From IMG/VR virus record IMGVR_UViG_3300011982_000023, positions 1-5,086 of that record: a stretch of DNA of 5,086 nt. One strand, written 5' to 3'. Positions 1 to 4,052 of this stretch are shown here, one piece after another (the first letter of the stretch is position 1; each line of letters begins with the position of its first letter). The translations under genes were made by a program, and so were the position numbers. This DNA comes from a virus. The notes beneath the pieces were generated by a model. The model worked only from the letters and a program-made list of their open reading frames with translations. It was not told the origin of the DNA and did no database searches.

Positions 1-78
1 AGAAGTAATCACATCACTATTAACAGGAATAGAACCAGTAATATTAGCAGAAGCGCCTAAATTAATTTCAACGCCAGG
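1..78. repeat. Terminal redundancy copy 1: exact 78-nt direct repeat of 5009..5086, the circular-genome assembly overlap
   Basis: Base-by-base identity of 1..78 with 5009..5086 (agaagtaatcacatcactattaacagg...aacgccagg). Confidence 0.97.
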
Positions 79-741
79 ACCTTTTTGCGGCCAAGGAAGA
101 GCTGAAGTAAAATAATCGTGACGTTTACCACGTAACAAAACCTTAGCGCTTTCTTTAGATAGAACAGTCGTTCTGTCATCACCATACATGTCCTTTTCAA
201 CGTCATCGTTAACAGTATGAATAACTTCGCCAGTCGTAACATTTATCGATGGCTGAAAATTTTCATCTCTAAACCAATCATTATAAATACGTCTATAAGC
301 TCTAAAAGGAAGAGCAGAAACAGACAATTTTTTACTTACGCCTGTAGGAAAACCAAAATAGTCAACCAAAGTTCCTGATAACTCATTATTATTATCTGTA
401 TACTCAACCTGAGGAACTAAATACTCCTTAGTTTGCGAACCTTCTAAAAGATTTTCACCATTAAATTCCTTCCAGTGTCTCCAAATAAGACGATTAGGAA
501 CATAAAAGAAAAATACATCTAAATAAGCATTGTCCATAACAGGCGCAACAAGCGTCGCAAGACGCGCAAAAAGAGTCGCCTTACAATTAAAAGTATCACC
601 AGGTAACACCTCATCTAAATAAAACGGAACTAAATAACCTGCATCAAATGTAGTTTTATAACCATGTGTACGATTAAAAACAGAACGCGGAATATTAGTT
701 CTTGGAATCATTGAAAACTTATAATCCATCTTAGTTGACAT
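1..741 (-). CDS. VP1: Major capsid protein VP1, N-terminal 247 codons. The ATG is at 741 and the ORF runs off the window start, continuing in frame at 5008..4052 across the circular junction. Full protein 565 aa.
   Basis: Reverse-complement translation from 741 gives MSTKMDYKFSMIPRTNIPRSVFNRTHGYKTTFDAGYLVPFYLDEVLPGDTFNCKATLFARLATLVAPVMDNAYLDVFFFYVPNRLIW...RAYRRIYNDWFRD, the hallmark gokushovirus VP1 N-terminus. There is no stop down to position 1. 741 nt is exactly 247 codons and the frame matches ORF 4052..5020 after subtracting the 5008-nt genome unit. GAGAGGTG RBS lies 8 nt upstream at 750..757. Confidence 0.95.
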   Translation of the reverse strand, partial: MSTKMDYKFSMIPRTNIPRSVFNRTHGYKTTFDAGYLVPFYLDEVLPGDTFNCKATLFARLATLVAPVMDNAYLDVFFFYVPNRLIWRHWKEFNGENLLEGSQTKEYLVPQVEYTDNNNELSGTLVDYFGFPTGVSKKLSVSALPFRAYRRIYNDWFRDENFQPSINVTTGEVIHTVNDDVEKDMYGDDRTTVLSKESAKVLLRGKRHDYFTSALPWPQKGPGVEINLGASANITGSIPVNSDVITS

Positions 742-763
742 CTAATAAACACCTCTCTAAAAT
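735..763 (+). promoter_or_regulatory. Candidate plus-strand sigma70-like promoter, TTGACA (735..740)-N17-TAAAAT (758..763), pointing away from VP1 into the intergenic region
   Basis: Perfect -35 hexamer, 17-nt spacer and a 5/6 -10. The -35 is the reverse complement of the VP1 start codons ATG-TCA-A, so it may be an incidental by-product of coding sequence. Confidence 0.25.
750..757 (-). promoter_or_regulatory. Shine-Dalgarno GAGAGGTG for VP1
   Basis: 8 nt upstream of the ATG at 741 on the minus strand. Confidence 0.7.
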
Positions 764-821
764 AAAATTAGTTCCGATAATTTAACGTTATCAAACTTAA
801 AAAATTTAACAATCTATGTAT

Positions 822-850
822 AATATAACATAAGTTTAAAAAAATGACAA
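822..850 (-). promoter_or_regulatory. Candidate sigma70-type promoter for VP1. -35 TTGTCA (850..845), 17-nt spacer, extended -10 TGtTATATT (830..822).
   Basis: Read on the minus strand: TTGTCA-N17-TATATT with TG at -15/-14. Predicted TSS near 815, giving a ~74-nt leader to the VP1 ATG at 741. Lies downstream, in the minus-strand sense, of both terminator hairpins. Confidence 0.45.
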
Positions 851-892
851 ATGTCATCAGGAAACTTCGTCATTTTTTTAAGTACGAACAAC

Positions 893-911
893 CACCATTC
901 GTAAAATGGTG
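893..911. other. Stem-loop caccatt-cgtaa-aatggtg, 7-bp stem, immediately 5' of hairpin 915..949
   Basis: Inverted repeat read directly from the sequence. Forms a tandem pair with the 915..949 hairpin. Confidence 0.4.
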
Positions 912-914
912 TCA

Positions 915-956
915 GTCGGCACAGTTACATCAAGTAGTAATGTGCCGACCGTTTTT
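915..956 (+). terminator. GC-rich hairpin. Stem 9 bp gtcggcaca/tgtgccgac (915..923 with 941..949), 17-nt loop, then cg + TTTTT (952..956). Intrinsic-terminator-like on the plus strand, weaker on the minus strand.
   Basis: All nine base pairs are Watson-Crick. The T5 run begins 2 nt after the stem on the plus strand. On the minus strand only a 4-T run (cattttac) follows, 8 nt away. Confidence 0.5.
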
Positions 957-1000
957 CTAATTAACTCAAAACGTCACAAAGTGATGAGTCTAACAATAAC

Positions 1001-1035
1001 AAAAAAACCGTATCAAGAGATACGGCAATTTTTTT
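1001..1035. terminator. Bidirectional rho-independent terminator. A7 (1001..1007), stem ccgtatc/gatacgg (1008..1014 with 1019..1025), loop aaga, then caa + T7 (1029..1035).
   Basis: Perfect 7-bp stem with 4-nt loop, flanked by an A-run on one side and a T-run on the other. On the minus (coding) strand this reads hairpin followed immediately by UUUUUUU, 170 nt downstream of the VP3 stop. Confidence 0.7.
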
Positions 1036-1204
1036 GTCCAACAATATAACCGAGAATAATGAATAAATATATTCTAATTAAATAATTAATTAACAACTAA
1101 TGTATTAACGTAAAATATAATAAACAACGTTAATTACAACAAAAATAAAAAATAATAAATTTATAAAACAACCTAAAGTTTTAAGAGGATTCATAATAAT
1201 CCAT

Positions 1205-1678
1205 TTAAGCATCATCCACTGTAGACGAAGAAGCATCATTATCAACTTCTTTATGTCCTTCAACAGTCCTTGAAACATCTTCCTTCATCCTTTCATTAAC
1301 AAGACCAAGCTTCAAAGCTTCCTCATAATTATTTTTATCAGAAACAAATTCTAACAAATTCAAAGGATTATAATTAAATCTTTCACGAATCTCAACAGGT
1401 AAACTATCAAAATTCTCTCTAGCTCTTACTAAGATATTCTGACTACGCATATAATCAGCAGAATCAAATTCGCTAAAATCGCCAAAAGTAGGGGAAGAAG
1501 ATGCGGATTTACCATTAATAACTGAAAGAGGGTCATAAAAAAAACCAGTATCCTCATATCTATCTACTAAAACATTAATATCTGTATCATCAGCAAATTG
1601 TTGCTGAGTCAAAGAAGGTTCAACAAAAGTAATACCAGGAGATGATACATAACACTCATAACGCTTTCTAATTTCCAA
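1205..1678 (-). CDS. VP3: Internal scaffolding protein VP3 (157 aa, acidic), apparent TTG start
   Basis: PSLTQQQFADDTDINVLVDRYEDTGFF and the C-terminal LPVEIRERFNYNPLNLLEFVSDKNNYEEALKLGL match the two conserved blocks of gokushovirus VP3 (Chlamydia-phage-type scaffold). An in-frame stop lies two codons upstream of the TTG at 1678 and there is no in-frame ATG before residue 77. GAGGTGA RBS at 1686..1692, 7 nt upstream of the TTG. Confidence 0.8.
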   Translation of the reverse strand: MEIRKRYECYVSSPGITFVEPSLTQQQFADDTDINVLVDRYEDTGFFYDPLSVINGKSASSSPTFGDFSEFDSADYMRSQNILVRARENFDSLPVEIRERFNYNPLNLLEFVSDKNNYEEALKLGLVNERMKEDVSRTVEGHKEVDNDASSSTVDDA

Positions 1679-1685
1679 TTGTTAT

Positions 1686-1692
1686 TCACCTC
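1686..1692 (-). promoter_or_regulatory. Shine-Dalgarno GAGGTGA for VP3
   Basis: Minus strand reads TTGAGGTGAATAACAATTG. The spacing supports the TTG start. Confidence 0.6.
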
Positions 1693-1734
1693 AATTCACA
1701 TACTTATACACAAACCGATAAGTATGAATAATTT

Positions 1735-1755
1735 GTGTAGGGGAGACCCCTACAC
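1735..1755. other. GC-rich perfect hairpin between VP4 and VP3: gtgtagggg-aga-cccctacac, 9-bp stem with 3-nt loop
   Basis: The only GC-rich block in the 160-bp VP4-VP3 spacer. All nine pairs are Watson-Crick. On the mRNA strand it is followed by a moderately U-rich stretch (AAAUUAUUCAUACUUAUC). Confidence 0.6.
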
Positions 1756-1838
1756 TAAATTTTCATACTAATGAAAAAAAGGATATACTCTATGAATAAA
1801 AATTACATCACTATCAAATATTAAACTAACACAAAAAA

Positions 1839-3056
1839 TTACTTATTAACTTCAACAAAATCAGAACCATTAGCTAAAAAACGTGGCTGAGACTCTTTAA
1901 TTACTTCCCCGGAATCATTATCAAATTGACCAATACAATATAACTTAAAGTCTTCCGGATGCTGATTAAGAAGAGAAGGATGAGAGGAATCAGTCACTTG
2001 GTCAGAAAACAAACGAAGAGCCATACCATCAGTCTCAAGATAAAACGGAGAACCAAAACTAGAAGCCTTTTCATCAAAAACAGAATACAAACGCAAAACC
2101 ATTTCTACACCACTTTCTTTAGATAACACTTGTCCTTCATACGAACGAACTAATTTATTTAACTTTAATTCCTGAATAGCTTCTTGCATTTTCAAACAAT
2201 CATAATCAACCAACTCCTTTGAATGTTTAACTCTAGACGCTTTTACTTTAGCGTATAACTCACTATCTTCAATCTCTAAAAGTTTGTCATAATACCTAGG
2301 AGGTTTAGTTATGATGTTATTCCTAATAACTATTTTATCATTTGGATAAATAGAAGTCGAATACTTATCATAAAAATCCTTACCTATTCCAGGACGCCTA
2401 GACATTGTGACATACTCAGGTTGAAGACCTTTATAATAATCATCAGCTAAATCACCATTGACCTTTTTACATATGTAACGAGCTACATAAGCACAAGATT
2501 CAAATGTAACATTACCAATGACATTATAACCATAAGGCCATAACTCACTCAATAAATCACTCGTATAATAAGGGAATCCACCTTTAACCTTTAAAAATTT
2601 CTTATCAGGAAAGTCGAAACCAAAAATAATTGCATGATGGTGAGGACGTTTTAACTTAGAGCCGTATTCACCACAATGGAAAAATCTAATTTTACCATAT
2701 CCTGAATGGTCACAATATTTACGTAAACGTTTCATGAATTTAACAAACTCTTTTTTTTCTAAAGAACCATCAGGAGCAATTTTATCAAGTGACTCATTAT
2801 TAAATGTTAATGTTATAAAACAGTTTTTTCTGTGAAGAACCGCTTCGTGACAACATCTGACAGCCCATTGACGACTCCTTTCAAGCCTACAGCCGATACA
2901 CTGACCACACGGGACAGTAACAGGCATATCAGTATAAGCATTAGAACGACTAAAAGTAACAGACCATTTACCAGTTTTTTTGTTAAAACCATTCCTAGAC
3001 CTCCAACCTTGCAAAGGGTGAAAACAAGCCATTAAATCACATCCATAATCAATCAC
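1839..3056 (-). CDS. VP4: Rolling-circle replication initiator VP4 (HUH superfamily I endonuclease). 405 aa from GTG 3056; an alternative in-frame ATG at 3032 gives 397 aa beginning MACFHPL.
   Basis: Zn-finger-like CGQCIGCRLERSRQW near the N-terminus. RCR motif 1 CFITLTF. Motif 2 HUH as RPHHHAIIFG. Motif 3 with paired catalytic tyrosines AYVARYICKKV (compare phiX174 gpA YVAKYVNKK). The GTG at 3056..3054 sits inside the ATG-TGA end of the upstream small basic ORF, a start-stop overlap. Confidence 0.93.
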   Translation of the reverse strand: MIDYGCDLMACFHPLQGWRSRNGFNKKTGKWSVTFSRSNAYTDMPVTVPCGQCIGCRLERSRQWAVRCCHEAVLHRKNCFITLTFNNESLDKIAPDGSLEKKEFVKFMKRLRKYCDHSGYGKIRFFHCGEYGSKLKRPHHHAIIFGFDFPDKKFLKVKGGFPYYTSDLLSELWPYGYNVIGNVTFESCAYVARYICKKVNGDLADDYYKGLQPEYVTMSRRPGIGKDFYDKYSTSIYPNDKIVIRNNIITKPPRYYDKLLEIEDSELYAKVKASRVKHSKELVDYDCLKMQEAIQELKLNKLVRSYEGQVLSKESGVEMVLRLYSVFDEKASSFGSPFYLETDGMALRLFSDQVTDSSHPSLLNQHPEDFKLYCIGQFDNDSGEVIKESQPRFLANGSDFVEVNK

Positions 3057-3172
3057 ATCCTAAAACCACCGCGCATAGGAGTTGCTTGCAAATTCTTTTT
3101 ATGCGTCTTATTTACAGTAGCTCTAAACAACTTACGAGAACCTTTTTTAGACAACTTTTTTCTCTTTTTCAT
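3053..3172 (-). CDS. Small highly basic DNA-binding protein (39 aa; J-protein analogue, VP8/ORF8-like), MKKRKKLSKKGSRKLFRATVNKTHKKNLQATPMRGGFRM
   Basis: Not in the supplied ORF track (too short). Found by translating the reverse complement of 3053..3172: ATG at 3172, TGA at 3053..3055. 15 of 39 residues are K/R and none are acidic. GAGGTGA RBS at 3178..3184, 5 nt upstream, with the VP2 TGA stop embedded in it. Sits between VP2 and the replication gene, as the small DNA-packaging protein does in gokushoviruses. Confidence 0.72.
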   Translation of the reverse strand: MKKRKKLSKKGSRKLFRATVNKTHKKNLQATPMRGGFRM

Positions 3173-3177
3173 TCAAA

Positions 3178-3184
3178 TCACCTC
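3178..3184 (-). promoter_or_regulatory. Shine-Dalgarno GAGGTGA for the small basic protein, containing the VP2 TGA stop
   Basis: Minus strand reads ATGAGGTGATTTGAATG. Confidence 0.65.
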
Positions 3185-4040
3185 ATTTACTATTACTAAG
3201 TCTAAAATCAATACCAAGGCTATTAATAAAACCGCCTAAATCACGAGCAGCACCCTTAAATTGGTCAATAGAAGAAAGAGCATTCTTACCATAATATTTA
3301 GCTGAAAATTCATCCTGCAAAACTTTTGCTTCCTTAGACTTATTATCTGAAACTATTCCTATCTGATTTAATAATTCAGTTTTTTCTTGTTGACTAATCA
3401 AACCAGTACGAGCTACAGACTCAACAGCTTGTTGTGCAAAATAACCTGCTTGAGCCTGATTACGACCAACACCTGAATAAGCTTCAGCCGCAATAGCCGC
3501 ATTCTTTTTAACTTCAGAATCGGTAATACGTTTACTATTCGCAATATCCTGCATAGTTTTCTGAATATTCATTTTCATTAGTGAAATATTTACAGGATAA
3601 GTAGCAGAACGAGCTCTAGACTCTTCAGCATCTTGCATATTCTTAGCTGAAACGGAAGAATTAACTTGAATATCTGAATTAGTTTTAGCAATATCAGCAT
3701 CTAATTTAGATAAAGTCTTTTCTCCAATTAACAACTGTTGCTTAGCTAACATACGTTGTGTGCGAGCGTTATAAACTCCTGAACCTGCTTCCATCATTCC
3801 AGCAGCAGGATTCTGCTGCATAGCACCAAAACCGACAGGAGTTGAAGCTCCTTGATTAGCTGAAAGAATAGGATTAAGTCCTGCGTTACGTAAATCTTGT
3901 ACTTCCCTTGTATGGGAAGTAGAAGACATACGCTCTTGAAAATCTCTATTAGCTTGAGCTTCCTTGCGTGCAGAATGATTAGAAACTATACCTCCTAAAA
4001 GGGAAGGAACACCACCTATAAGAGAAGAAAGAAAAGACAT
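3183..4040 (-). CDS. VP2: Minor capsid / DNA pilot-like protein VP2 (285 aa)
   Basis: N-terminus MSFLSSLIGGVPSLLGGIVSNHSARKEAQANRDFQERMSSTSHTREVQDLRNAGLNPILS matches the conserved gokushovirus VP2 motif (QERMS..HQREV.DL..AGLNP.L), followed by Gly/Ala/Gln-rich low-complexity and coiled-coil-like segments. Position immediately downstream of VP1. AGAGGTG RBS at 4046..4052 overlaps the VP1 TAA stop. Confidence 0.85.
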   Translation of the reverse strand: MSFLSSLIGGVPSLLGGIVSNHSARKEAQANRDFQERMSSTSHTREVQDLRNAGLNPILSANQGASTPVGFGAMQQNPAAGMMEAGSGVYNARTQRMLAKQQLLIGEKTLSKLDADIAKTNSDIQVNSSVSAKNMQDAEESRARSATYPVNISLMKMNIQKTMQDIANSKRITDSEVKKNAAIAAEAYSGVGRNQAQAGYFAQQAVESVARTGLISQQEKTELLNQIGIVSDNKSKEAKVLQDEFSAKYYGKNALSSIDQFKGAARDLGGFINSLGIDFRLSNSK

Positions 4041-4045
4041 TTAAT

Positions 4046-4052
4046 CACCTCT
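4046..4052 (-). promoter_or_regulatory. Shine-Dalgarno AGAGGTG for VP2, overlapping the VP1 TAA stop
   Basis: Minus strand reads TAAGAGGTGATTAAATG. Confidence 0.7.

Noticed and set aside
801-835. dif-like motifs for XerC/D-mediated integration, which some gokushovirus prophages use. The minus strand reads CTTATGTTATATTATACATAGATTGTTAAAT, containing TTATGTTATAT and GATTGTTAAAT, which resemble the XerD arm TTATGTTAAAT.
   Set aside because: Neither candidate has the required architecture of an inverted inner CATAA with a 6-nt spacer and TTATG (11-6-11). The best arm match is 9/11 with no credible XerC arm. The resemblance is largely because the region is an AT-rich -10 element. It would need alignment against the actual host dif before any claim.
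844-960. 38-codon plus-strand ORF (MTNVIRKLRHFFKYEQPPFVKWCQSAQLHQVVMCRPFF) in the intergenic region
   Set aside because: No RBS. Its coding sequence would contain the hairpin and T-run of a terminator, and it starts inside the palindromic -35 element. It is better explained as regulatory DNA.
1104-1134. 8-bp inverted repeat attaacgt ... acgttaat with a 15-nt AT loop
   Set aside because: AT-only stem of very low stability inside an 85% AT tract. Such palindromes are expected by chance, so it is mentioned only as part of the AT-rich tract finding.
2832-3035. 67-aa plus-strand ORF (MKNRFVTTSDSPLTT...) antisense to the N-terminal region of the Rep gene
   Set aside because: Low-complexity Thr/Ser/Pro/Arg-rich translation with no RBS. 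It lies antisense to the zinc-finger-like N-terminal region of VP4. Microviruses encode everything on one strand. An open antisense frame of this length is an expected by-product of codon bias.
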